DNA of 58,680 nt, filler included, from Malassezia furfur (taxonomy: Eukaryota): NCBI GenBank assembly GCA_052055015.1. It is 6 parts of 6 records of this genome, joined end to end, with 100 filler letters (N's around TTAATTAATTAA, not from the genome) between each part and the next. Parts side by side here need not be neighbours in the genome. Positions count along the whole stretch, not along the records: positions 19,724 to 29,416 come from JBQJIT010000412.1; positions 29,517 to 39,183 come from JBQJIT010000413.1; 4 more parts are not named here. One strand, 5' to 3'. Below the pieces are notes generated by a model. That model was given only the letters and a program-made list of their open reading frames with translations. It searched no databases and had not been told where the DNA came from. The translations under genes and the position numbers were made by a program. Shown here piece by piece: positions 20,210 through 30,552 of the stretch (positions are counted from its first letter, which is position 1; the number at the start of each line of letters is the position of its first letter).

Positions 20210-23209
20210 TTACAAGCGACTGTGCCAGTCGAGCTCCTGGAGCCGGCGGCGCCCTTCGGAGCCGCCGTAGAGCGTATTGATCTGTGCCTCGAGGCTCATG
20301 CCAAACACGGCCGCGAGCGCCTCGTGGATCGTGCCGACAAACACGACCTGCAGGTCGTCGCGCACCGTCTTCGGCAGGTCCTGCTCGTACTCTTTGCGGT
20401 TGCGCGTCGGGAGCACCACCTTGCGGATCCCTGCACGGTGTGCGCCCAGCACCTTTTCCTTGATGCCGCCCACCGGCGTCACATGCCCACGCAGCGTGAT
20501 CTCGCCCGTCATCGCGAGGTGCGGGTCGAGCGGCACACGCAGGTAGAGCGACACGAGCGCACATGTCATGGCGACGCCCGCGCTCGGCCCGTCCTTGGGC
20601 GTGGCGCCCGAGGGAATGTGCAGGTGCACGTCGTTCTTGGGGAACTCGGACGCACGGTCCGCCGTGATGCCGAGCGCAAACGCGTGCGCCTTCACCCACG
20701 AGAACGCGAGCTCGGCGGATTCGCGGATCACGTCGCCAAGCGAGCCCGTGAGCTTGAGCTGCGCGTTGCCGGGCGGCATGAACGCCGACTCGATGTGCAG
20801 GATGCCGCCGTTGCCCGAGCCCTGGTACGCCAGGCCCGTCGCGACGCCCGGCACGCCTTCCGCATCGGCGACCTCGGGCTCGTACGTCTCGTGGCCGAGG
20901 ATGCGCGCGAGGTCCGCGACGCGCACCACCGGGTCGTACGCCTTGTTGGACGACATGCCGCCGAGGCTGCGGTGCTCGGCGTACTCGACCGCCTTGGCAC
21001 GCACCACGTCGCCGATGCGGCGCTCGAGCGTCCGCACGCCGGCCTCGCGCGTGTACGCGGTGGCGACCGCGAGCAGCACCTCGTCGCTGATCTGCACCTG
21101 CGCGGGCTGCAGGCCCTGTGCCTCGATCTGCTTCGGGAGGATGTGCTGCCGCGCAATCGCCACCTTTTCGTCGTGCGTGTAGCCGGGCACCGACACCACG
21201 TCCGTGCGGTCGAGCAGCGGCTCGGGGATCGTGTCGAGCGTGTTGGCCGTCGCAATGAACAGCACGCGGCTCAGGTCGACGGGCACGTTGATGTAGTGGT
21301 CCTTGAACGTGTGGTTCTGCTCGGGGTCCAGCACCTCGAGCAGCGCCGCGGTGGGGTCGCCGTGCAGCGCATTCCCGCTCGACAGCTTGTCGACCTCGTC
21401 GAGGAGCATCACACAGTCGCTCGCCTTGGCGCGCCGCAGCGCTCCCACGATCGAGCCGGGCAGCGCACCGACGTACGTGCGCCGATGCCCACGGATCTCG
21501 GCCTCGTCGCGCACACCGCCCAGCGACAGGCGCACAAACGGACGCTGGAGCGCCGCGGCCAGCGAGCGCGCAATCGACGTCTTGCCCGTGCCGGGCGGGC
21601 CGACCAGCAGCAGGATCGGGCCCTTGTACTGCACCGTGACGCGCCCAAGGTCGCCCACGTCCGCATCGGGCGCCGCATGCGCCGCGCGCGCCTCGGCCGC
21701 CTCGCGCGCCTGCACCTGCTTCAGGTCAAGCACCGCGAGGTACTCGAGGATGCGCTTCTTGATCTTGTCGAGGCCATAGTGGTCCGCATCGAGCACCTTG
21801 CGCGCGCGGGGGATGAGCGGCTCCGCGTGCACGTCGCCGGCCGCCGACGTCGGCACCAGCGACGCGAGCGTCTCGGCGTCCAGGTCCGCCGACGTGCGCT
21901 CCCACGGCAGGTCGGCCATCGTCTCGAGGTAGTTGATCAGCATGCCGCGCTCCATGCTCTGCGACGGCATGCGCTTCAGGCGGCGCAGCTCCTGCTGGCA
22001 CGCCTTGCGCGCCTCGGGCGTGAGCGGCACCTGCTCGAGGCGCGCCGCGAGCGCCGCCACTTCGTCCGCGCCGTCGTCGTCGTCGTCGTCGTCCATCATG
22101 CTCCGCGCGCGCGACGGCGGCGGCGGCGGCGCATCGTCCTGGCCCACGATACGCCGCGTCACCTGCGGCGCACGCTCCTTGCCCGGCACGCGGCGCACCA
22201 CGGCACGCTCGTCGCCCTGGCGCGGCGGCTCGCCCTGGAAGATGCGCAGCGACGACACCACGCCGGGGTTGATGCGCGCCAGCTCGGCCGCGACGGTCTC
22301 GAGCTGCGCGCGCGACAGCGCCGAGCGCTGCTGGTCGTGCAGCGCATACGGGATCGCTAGGAGCATCTCGCGCAGCGTCTGCATCCGCGCCACGCCGCGA
22401 TCAAGCATCTGCGTGGTGTACGCCACGCGCGGCTCGACGGGCACGATCGTCAGGTGGTGCAGCCGCTCGTCCCACGCACACGCGCCACCGAGGGCGCCGA
22501 CAAGCAAGTCGGCCAGCATCCCGCTCGACATCTGGTCAAACTCGCGCAGGAGCAGCGTCACGCGCTTCAGCAGCGGCGGCGGCAGCAGCGGCACACGCGC
22601 CACCACCGAGTTGGGCGACGCGGCGTGCGTCGGGATGGACGCGCGGCCCATCAGCTCGACGAGCCGCTTCGCCGACTTGCGCATCGCACGCACGCCGGGC
22701 GTCTCGTCCTTGGGCGCGGCCGCCGTCAAGTCTTGGGGGAAGGCACGCAGCTCGACGACCGTGATGTTGGCCACGACGGGCTCGGCGGCAAGCACGGGCC
22801 TGCCGATCTTCGCACGCATCAGGCCCGAGATCTGCAAGCGGCACTCTTCGCTCGCGGGCGAGTTGACGAGGCGCAGCACACGCGCCACACATCCCCACGT
22901 GTGCAGACCGTCGAGGCTGTCGGGCGGAATCTCGCCGACCTCGGCAGACTGCTTCGCGACACACAGGATGAGCACGGGACGCTGGGCATTCGCCTGCGCC
23001 TGCTTCGACGTGGGCACCGTCTCCGAGGCGCGCGCCTCTTGCGCGTCGAGCTCCTTGCGCTCCTGCAGGGCCGTGCGCAGCAGGCCGAGACACGTCGTCT
23101 GCGGCACCGGGATGGAGAGGACAAGGCCAGGATGCAAAATCTGGGGGTACGGCAGTGCCAGAATCGGCAGCCGATGTGGGATCACCACAGCTCCGGTCGA
23201 TGGGTCCAT
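20210..23209 (-). CDS. LONP2: Peroxisomal Lon protease (LONP2/Pln)
   Basis: Walker A GPPGTGKT, HRRTYVGALPG, LDEVDK, catalytic KDGPSAG and GGIKEK; C-terminal PTS1 tripeptide SRL. Confidence 0.93.
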   Translation of the reverse strand: MDPSTGAVVIPHRLPILALPYPQILHPGLVLSIPVPQTTCLGLLRTALQERKELDAQEARASETVPTSKQAQANAQRPVLILCVAKQSAEVGEIPPDSLDGLHTWGCVARVLRLVNSPASEECRLQISGLMRAKIGRPVLAAEPVVANITVVELRAFPQDLTAAAPKDETPGVRAMRKSAKRLVELMGRASIPTHAASPNSVVARVPLLPPPLLKRVTLLLREFDQMSSGMLADLLVGALGGACAWDERLHHLTIVPVEPRVAYTTQMLDRGVARMQTLREMLLAIPYALHDQQRSALSRAQLETVAAELARINPGVVSSLRIFQGEPPRQGDERAVVRRVPGKERAPQVTRRIVGQDDAPPPPPSRARSMMDDDDDDDGADEVAALAARLEQVPLTPEARKACQQELRRLKRMPSQSMERGMLINYLETMADLPWERTSADLDAETLASLVPTSAAGDVHAEPLIPRARKVLDADHYGLDKIKKRILEYLAVLDLKQVQAREAAEARAAHAAPDADVGDLGRVTVQYKGPILLLVGPPGTGKTSIARSLAAALQRPFVRLSLGGVRDEAEIRGHRRTYVGALPGSIVGALRRAKASDCVMLLDEVDKLSSGNALHGDPTAALLEVLDPEQNHTFKDHYINVPVDLSRVLFIATANTLDTIPEPLLDRTDVVSVPGYTHDEKVAIARQHILPKQIEAQGLQPAQVQISDEVLLAVATAYTREAGVRTLERRIGDVVRAKAVEYAEHRSLGGMSSNKAYDPVVRVADLARILGHETYEPEVADAEGVPGVATGLAYQGSGNGGILHIESAFMPPGNAQLKLTGSLGDVIRESAELAFSWVKAHAFALGITADRASEFPKNDVHLHIPSGATPKDGPSAGVAMTCALVSLYLRVPLDPHLAMTGEITLRGHVTPVGGIKEKVLGAHRAGIRKVVLPTRNRKEYEQDLPKTVRDDLQVVFVGTIHEALAAVFGMSLEAQINTLYGGSEGRRRLQELDWHSRL

Positions 23210-23364
23210 CGTGGGGTGATAAGAGCAAAGACCTCACGCGGGTGGCGCAGGGTCGTGCGGGGTGGAGGTGGGGGCGGCTCCGCTGCACCGCGCCGGTCGG
23301 CCCCCGCCGCGTCATCGGCCGACGCCTTCCGACACGCACCTCCACATCGTCACGCCTGCCTCGC

Positions 23365-24961
23365 ATGCTTGCGCCGTCGGTGCGCCGCTGCGCCGCGTCG
23401 CATCTCGGCCGCGCATCCGCACCCGGAGCGACTGGCGCGCGTGTGCGTTTCGCGCCATCGCCTACCGGCTACCTGCACGTCGGCGGGCTGCGCACCGCGC
23501 TCTTCAACTACCTCCTCGCACGGCACACCAAGGGCACCTTCGTTCTTCGCATCGAGGACACCGACCAAACCCGGCTCGTGCCGGGCGCCGCTGACGCGCT
23601 GCAGGACGCACTCACGTGGGCAGGCATCGAATGCGACGAGGGACCCCGCCAGGGCGGCGCGTACGGGCCTTACGTCCAGTCGGAGCGCCTGCCCATTTAC
23701 CGCACCTACGCCGAGCGCCTGCTGCATGCGGGGCGTGCGTACCGCGACTTTCGGCCGCCCGTGCAGCGCGACGCCAACGCACGCACCTCGGCGCTGCTCC
23801 GCGAAGCCTACCTGCCGCCGAGCGAGGACGAGGCACAGGAACGCATCGCTCGGGGGGAGCCGTACGTCATCCGCCTCCGCATGGAGCCTGGGCGCACGTT
23901 TGCATACGAGGACGGCGTGTACGGCACCATGACCTTTCGGCCAGACATGATTGGCGGCGTGGGCGACGACCCGATCATCGTCAAGTCGGACGGGTGGCCG
24001 ACATACCACCTCGCGTCGGTCGTCGACGACACCGAGATGGCCATCACCCACGTCCTCCGCGGCGAGGAATGGCTCCCGTCGATGCCCAAGCACCTCGCAC
24101 TGTACGAGGCCATCGACGCCAAGCCGCCCACGTTTGTGCACCTCCCGCTGCTCATCAACGCGGACGGCAGCAAACTGTCCAAGCGGTCCGGCGACGTGCG
24201 TGTCGAAGACTATCGCGCACGCGGCATCGAGCCCGAGGCGCTCGTGAACCTCGTGGCACTTACAGGCTACAACCACCAACATACGGACGCGGACGACAGC
24301 GACGTGCTCTCGATGGCGCAGCTGATCGACGAGTTCGAGCTGCGCCGCATCTCGCACTCGCGCGCGACGCTGCCCACCGAAAAGCTGCCTTTCCTGAACC
24401 GGCGGCACATGATGGCCAAGATGCACGACCCATCGACGCGCCCGGCCATGCTCGCGCGGCTCCGGCCGCTCTTTGACGCCGAGCTCGGCGCGGAGGCCGC
24501 GCGCGCCATCCCCGACGACGCGCTGCTCGACACGGCGGCGTTGGGATGCCAGCGCGTGGATACCCTCGCGCAGGTGCCGCACAGCGTCGCGTACTATTTC
24601 CAGCAGCCCGACTGGGGCTCCGAAGAGTGCCGCCGCTTTCGCGCGTCGGTCAAGACACCCGCATTTGGTACGTACGGTGCACCGTGTCCCACTAACCGCA
24701 GAGGGCGTCTTGCGCAGCGCACCCACCTTCTTTGAGCAGGTCAGCGCGTGGGAATCGGCGGAACTGCACACCGCGCTGCAGGCATGGATGAAGGCACAGC
24801 CAGAGGGCCGCGCCGCCGTGCAAAAGAGCCTGCGCATCGCGCTCTCCGGCAAGAGCGCAGGACCGCCCGTCGCCGAGATCGCCCATGCGCTCGGCCAGGC
24901 ACAGACCGTGGCGCGTTTGCACGCGGCCCTGGCCTGGGACGCGGCGCATCGCACGCCGTAG
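23365..24961 (+). CDS. MSE1: Mitochondrial glutamyl-tRNA synthetase, 1 intron
   Basis: Arg/Ala/Ser-rich presequence, RVRFAPSPTGYLHVGG, HVLRGEEW, KLSKR. A 34-nt intron at 24668-24701 joins the anticodon-binding tail LRIALSGKSAGPPV. Confidence 0.92.
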
Positions 24962-24963
24962 CA

Positions 24964-25584
24964 TCACCGCCGCTGCGGGCCGGTGTTCTGTAGCGTATCG
25001 ACCATATCGCGGAACTGCGCAATGATCTCGGCCTCTTTGCGCGCGCGCTCTTCGGCCTGCTGCTTGAGGTATGCCCGGCGCTCGTCGGTCGCATAGTTGC
25101 GGCGCGAGCGGCGCTGCGTGCTGGCTGCGTCGCCCGGCGCCGATGCGTCGTCCAGGGGCGGAGTTTCGGTGTACGGCTGCGGCCCCACCTCCTCGTCGTC
25201 GCTCGGATCGGCGGCTCGCGCGGGCGGCGCCGGTTCCTGCCGACGCGGCGACTGTTCCATGCTCTTCGACCGCGAGCGTGACCGGTGGTGGTGGCGGTGC
25301 CGATGCGAGCGATGTGCATGCCGCTCTCGATCTGAGCGGGGCGTGCGGCGGTGCTCATCGTCCGCGTCGTGCGCACGATGCCGCTCGCGGTGGTGCCGGT
25401 GGTGACGACGCGCGCGGTCGGCGTCGTGTGCCGACGTCGCCCGGCGCGCCTCGTCTTCGCTGTCCGAGAGCGAGCGCCGTGGCGAGGGTGGCCAGATCGT
25501 GTACGAGGCTGCCTCGCGTGCCTCGTAGCGCTGCTGTACGCGCGCCGCTACCGCGTCGCGCGCTGCGAGGCCCGTGCTCGCCAT
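24964..25584 (-). CDS. NKAP-like (DUF926/SynMuv) protein with an apparent internal deletion
   Basis: N-terminal IWPPSPRRS, an RS/His-rich middle, EEVGPQP, and a C-terminal YATDERRAY....EERARKEAEIIAQFRDMV matching the NKAP tail YSADEKRAL....EER.KRE..I.A.FREMV. Confidence 0.7.
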   Translation of the reverse strand: MASTGLAARDAVAARVQQRYEAREAASYTIWPPSPRRSLSDSEDEARRATSAHDADRARRHHRHHRERHRAHDADDEHRRTPRSDRERHAHRSHRHRHHHRSRSRSKSMEQSPRRQEPAPPARAADPSDDEEVGPQPYTETPPLDDASAPGDAASTQRRSRRNYATDERRAYLKQQAEERARKEAEIIAQFRDMVDTLQNTGPQRR

Positions 25585-25694
25585 CTGCAGGCGCCGCGAG
25601 GTTCGTGCACGTGACCAGGTGCCAAGTTCCGGCGGCGCGGCTTGCTCCTGACTTGAACGCGCCAGCTGTGCTCACCGAATCTGCGCAGCGGTTT

Positions 25695-25772
25695 ATGATA
25701 CATCCCCACGAGCCAGGTGCTGTGTTATCGACGTACTCGCCGATTTTCCAACGTGTGAAGCCTCCCTTCTGA
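25695..25772 (+). promoter_or_regulatory. Poor-context uORF in the eIF5 leader (25 codons)
   Basis: TTT-ATG-A context; the TGA ends 12 nt before the main CAAA-ATG. Confidence 0.7.
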
Positions 25773-25784
25773 AGCTAGTGCAAA

Positions 25785-27145
25785 ATGACCATTGTCAACA
25801 TTCGCCGCGACGTGGACGACAAGTTCTACCGCTACCGGTACGTATGCACACGACTCACGCAGTATGCCGCTGCTCGAGACCAAGATCGAGGGACGCGGTA
25901 ACGGTATCAAGACGGTGATTCCCAACATGTCGGACATTGCGCGCGCACTCAGCCGCCCGCCGAGCTGTACGTTGCTCTTAACTCACACCAGACCCGGCCA
26001 AGTACTTTGGTTTCGAGCTCGGTGCGCAGACGATTCTCGACGAGAAGAACGACAGGTACATTGTGAACGGTGCGCACGATGCGAACCGTCTGCGTGAGCT
26101 GCTCGACGGCTTCATCGACCGCTTCGTGCTGTGTGGCGCCTGCAAAAACCCCGAGACGGACCTGAAGATCCGCGATGGGGACATTCTGCGCGACTGCAAG
26201 GCGTGTGGCAAGCGCACCCCGCTTGACCCGCGCCACAAGCTCACCACGTACATCAGCAAGAACCCGCCACCGAAGCGTGCCAAGGGCACCAAGGGCGCGG
26301 GTGCCTCTTCCGGCCAGACCGTCGAGGCCGCCGACGACGCAGCGAACGGCGGCAGCGACGACGAGCTCACGCGCCGCATCGCGTCCGAGGCCGCGACCAT
26401 CCCGACGGCTGAGCAGCGTGCCGCGGACAAGGACATCGACGAGGACTGGTCGGTGGACACCTCCGAGGCGGCCGTCGCCGAGCGCGTCAAGGCGCTCGAG
26501 GGCAAGCTGACCAACGTGCTCTCGCTCGGCGACGAGGACGAGGACGAGGGCGAGTCGTCGCCCTACTCGCAGTACGGCACGTGGATCCTCGAGGCGCGTG
26601 ACGCGAACCAGACGCTCAGCGCCGCCGACGTGTACAAGAAGGCACAGGAGCTGGGCATCGAGAAGAAGCACAAGACGCTCCAGGTGCTCTTCCAGGCGCT
26701 CTTTGACGACAAGGCGCCGCAGCAGGTGGAGCAGTACGCGCCCGTGCTGCTCAAAATGGTCACTTCGGAGAAGCACCAAAAGGCGATGCTCGGTGGAATC
26801 GAGCGCCTTGCGGGTCTGCAGCAGCCGTCGCTCGTGCCGAACGGCGTGCCGAAGCTGCTCATGAACCTGTACCAGATCGATGTGCTCGACGAGGACGTGG
26901 TGCGCCAGTGGGGCACCCACGTCTCGAAGAAGTACGTCGACAAAGAGACCTCGAAGCGCGTCCGGAAAGCCGCCGCGCCCTTCCTCGAGTGGCTGGACCA
27001 GGCGGACAGCGACGACGAGGACAGCAGTGACGACGAGGATGATGGCGAGGATGACGAGGATGACGGGGATGCCACCACGCCGCCGGCCGCCAACGGCAAG
27101 CCCAGCGACTACCAGGAGGGCGACTCGGACCTGGACGACCTGTAG
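25785..27145 (+). CDS. TIF5: Translation initiation factor eIF5, 2 introns
   Basis: [17 protein letters not shown]...[21 protein letters not shown], zinc-binding CGAC.NPET...CKACG, W2 domain with acidic tail. Introns 25838-25862 and 25967-25991 (25 nt each). Confidence 0.96.
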
Positions 27146-27206
27146 CCGTGCGCGCATGCCGCGTTAGTCAGCCTCCGTAGCTTGTCTCCACATCGCGACC
27201 TGGACC

Positions 27207-27970
27207 ATGGCCCCCGCCGCGGCCGCTGCGTCCGATCCGTGGGCGGCGACGTACGCTTTGAATGCGCCGCGCCCCGCACAGGCGACGCACACCTACCCGC
27301 TTCCTGCGCCGCCCGAGGCGCAAGCCGCGAGGCCCGTGCCGGATATCCTGGAGCGCCCGCGCGACAAGACGCGTTCCAGCGAGGTCGATCTGAGCGCGCT
27401 CCAGTTCCTCTTTGCCGAGATGGTCGCCTATGCGCAGACGCGCGTCTCGGGCATTGCCGAGTTCGAGCGATTGCTCTCGACGATGGGCGCGCGCGTCGGC
27501 CAGCGTGCGCTCGTGCTCCTCGTGCACCGTAAGGAGACGAGTGCGAACCCCAAAAAGCCGCGGCGCGAAACGCGGCTTTTGCCCACGCTGCTCTGGCTGC
27601 ACACGGCGTTCTGGAAGGCGGTGTTTGGCATGCAGGCCGACAGTCTGGAGCGCAGCACCGAGTCGGGACGCAACGACGAATGTACGTGCCGCACTGACCG
27701 CAGTCATGATTTCGACCAACGACCCCCTCTTTTCGCGCGGCATCTCGATCCCCAAGGAGATGGCGCAGCTGAGTGTCGAGGCATTTGCCGCGGGCATTGT
27801 CGAGGGCGCACTGGATGCGCTGGGCTTTGTACGTGACTGGACGCTGACCACAGCCCGCGCGCGTCACGGCGCATGGGGTGCCGACGGACGCCCATCCCAA
27901 CCGGACCACGATCCTGATCAAGCTCGAGCGGAGTGTGATGGAGCGCGAGGCGGCCCTCGGCGGCTCGTAG
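27207..27970 (+). CDS. TRS31: TRAPP subunit Trs31/TRAPPC5, 2 introns
   Basis: EVDLSALQFLFAEMVAYAQ, FWKAVFG.QADSLE, AFAAGIVEGALD.LGFPARVTAH. Introns 27682-27703 and 27829-27853. Confidence 0.92.
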
Positions 27971-27984
27971 TGTGGTATATACAG

Positions 27985-29416
27985 CTATGCATCCTCGTCC
28001 TGGTAGTAGGCGCGGAAAACGGGCTCGCTGCGGAGCATCGGCAGCTCGTCGAGCGCCTCGTACACGTGCAGGAAGAGCTGGGGGAAGCGGCGCACAAAGA
28101 ACGCCAGGAAGCCCTCGGGCATCGGGCTGAGCTGCTTCTTGAGCTGCGGCTGCATGTCCTGGAAGTGGTGCTTCTTGTTCCGGATGACACGCAGCAGATC
28201 CTGTACGCTGCTCTTGTCGTACTTACGGAAGCGGCCCAGGTCCTCGAGGAAGGCGCGGTCGAAGCGCCGGCGCCAGTCGGAGCCGATCACCGCCTCCGCA
28301 TTGCGCTCGAGCACCTGCGACGCGAGCGACGGCGGATCGCGCTCCATCGTCTCGAGCCGGTCGCTGACGTCCTGCAAGAAGCCGAGCTTGCGCTGCGCGT
28401 TCCAGAAGAAGGGGTGCTGCGCCACGCGGTCCGCCGACGGCCGATCCGCCGGCTGCGGCGCAATCATGCGCGCGATCAGCGCGTGTGCCTCGACCGTGTC
28501 TTCACACGTCGCGTCCAGCGCGCTGAGGTCGGGGCGGTTCTGCACGATGTGCATTTCGCGCTCGTACTGCGTCCCGAACGGATGCTTCCCGCCCGTGAGC
28601 AGGTAGAACGCGACGCACCCCAGCGAGAAGATGTCGACCGCGCGCGTGAGCCGCGCACTCTCCTCGCTCTCGGGCCGCGGCACGAGCGGGCGGTGGCCCT
28701 GCAGCACCTCGGGCGCCCGCCAGCCGACCGTGCCGCCCGGCTGGTTGATCGACTGGCTGAAGCTGCTCTGCGCGAGGCCGTCCATGCGCTTCGACAGGCC
28801 AAAGTCGGACAGGAGCATGCGCAGCTTGTTTTGGGCCGTGAGCGTCACCAAAATGTTTTGCGGCTTGATGTCGCGGTGCACGATCGAGAGCGAGTGCAGG
28901 TGCTGCAGCCCGGCAGTGATTTGCTTGAACGCATTGCGCGGCTCGAGGTACTGTGCCAGCTGCGCGTGCTCCACGGGGCGCTCGACCAGGTCCGCAAGGC
29001 TCGCGGGGCACTGCTCGAGCGCAATGTACAAAAAGTTGTGCGTGAGCTCCTGGCAGTAGTAGCGGATCACGTTGGGGTGGTTGTCCGCGGACTGCAGCAG
29101 CGACACCTCCTTGGACGCCATCAGCACAAAGTCACGCAGCAGGCGCTTGACCGCGACCGCGCGGCCCTGGAAGGTGCCGCGGAACACCACGGTGCCCGAC
29201 GACCCATATCCAAGCACCTCGTCCGAGATTTGCAGCGTCGACGGCGCAAGGGGCTCGCCGGCCGGCGTCATGGCCGTCACGGCCGGGGCAGCCGACGGCG
29301 CAGGCGACGACGACGGCGACGACGACGCTGTGCGCGTCCGCTCTGCGGCCTCGTCCGTACGCGCAGGCGTCGACTGCCGCGCCAGCACCGCCGCACCGGC
29401 GCGCGTGCCGCGGCGC
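27985..29416 (-). CDS. IRE1: Ire1 kinase/endoribonuclease, cytosolic part (5'-partial)
   Basis: LGYGSSGTVVFRGTFQGRAVAVKR, HRDIKPQN, GTVGWRAPE, and the KEN domain DLLRVIRNKKHHF. Confidence 0.96.
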
Positions 29417-29516
29417 NNNNNNNNNNNNNNNNNNNNNNNNNNNNNNNNNNNNNNNNNNNNTTAATTAATTAANNNNNNNNNNNNNNNNNNNNNNNNNNNN
29501 NNNNNNNNNNNNNNNN
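29417..29516. other. Artificial contig spacer
   Basis: N44-TTAATTAATTAA-N44. Confidence 0.99.
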
Positions 29517-30545
29517 GCGCCCGGCGCCGGCGAGCTCGACGCCGACGGCATCCGGCGCATCTGGCGCCGCCGGGCGCCCGTGTACCTCGGCTCGCTGCAG
29601 GAAGGCGCCGCGCCCGCGACCGAGCTCCCCTCGCTCGATGCGGCGCTCGCGCAGGCCGGGCTCGGGGCGCCGCGTGCGCCGCCGAAACGCTCGTCGCTCG
29701 ACGCGTTTGTGCACGCGTACGACGAGCTGAGCGAGGAGGCCGAGCACCCCGTGCCCGTGTACCTCACCTCGCTCACGCACTCGCACCACGTGAACCCCAA
29801 CTCGGCGGCGTTCGTGGACGGCGCGGTGAAGCGCCGGCGCCTCGCGCACTGCTTTGCGGACCCGATGCGCTACGTGCCGAACGACTCGATGCACGGGTGT
29901 GTGTATGTGCACCCGGCGTCGCCCGCGTGGGTGCCCGGCCCCAGCCTGCTGATCACCATCCCCAGCGCGCAGGGCAGCGTCGAGGACTCGGCGCACGCGA
30001 CGCCCGTGTTTATGCCCGTGCACCCCCACGGGCGGAGCGTCGCGATGGCGCCGCCGTCCGGTGCGCTGTTCCCCACGCTCGGGTACCGCTACCCGACGCA
30101 CCTGTACACGGGCATGCGCATTGTGGCGCCGCCGTCGCTGCTGCGCGTCTTTTCGCGGAGCGGCGACCCGCCCGCGCTGCTCGACGACCACCGCACCGAG
30201 CGCGTGTTCCACGGCATGGCGGCGAGCCGCACGCTGATGACCGGCACGATGATGTCCGTGCAGCACCGGCACTCGCTGAGCGGCATGGTGAACCGGTACC
30301 GCGGGGGCAACTCGATCCTGCACCCTGCGCTCGAGCGGCTGCGCTTTGCGCTCGCCGCGCAGCTCGCCGAGCAGCGGCGGCAGCTGCGTGCCGAGGAGCA
30401 GGCCGAGGAGCTCGAGGAGGAGCCGATCCGCGGCGAGCGTATCAAGATGCCGATCGCCGGCACGCTTGTGTACGCGTGGGACTGGCCTACCGTGCTCCCG
30501 TGGGTGGGCGCCGAGGGCGACGACGCGCGCCGGCCGCAAGCCTGA
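29517..30545 (+). CDS. Hypothetical protein, 5'-partial
   Basis: Open frame of more than 320 codons with genome-typical G/C third positions, ending 7 nt before the SUV3 stop. No family recognised. Confidence 0.7.
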   Translation, partial: APGAGELDADGIRRIWRRRAPVYLGSLQEGAAPATELPSLDAALAQAGLGAPRAPPKRSSLDAFVHAYDELSEEAEHPVPVYLTSLTHSHHVNPNSAAFVDGAVKRRRLAHCFADPMRYVPNDSMHGCVYVHPASPAWVPGPSLLITIPSAQGSVEDSAHATPVFMPVHPHGRSVAMAPPSGALFPTLGYRYPTHLYTGMRIVAPPSLLRVFSRSGDPPALLDDHRTERVFHGMAASRTLMTGTMMSVQHRHSLSGMVNRYRGGNSILHPALERLRFALAAQLAEQRRQLRAEEQAEELEEEPIRGERIKMPIAGTLVYAWDWPTVLPWVGAEGDDARRPQA

Positions 30546-30552
30546 TGATAGC

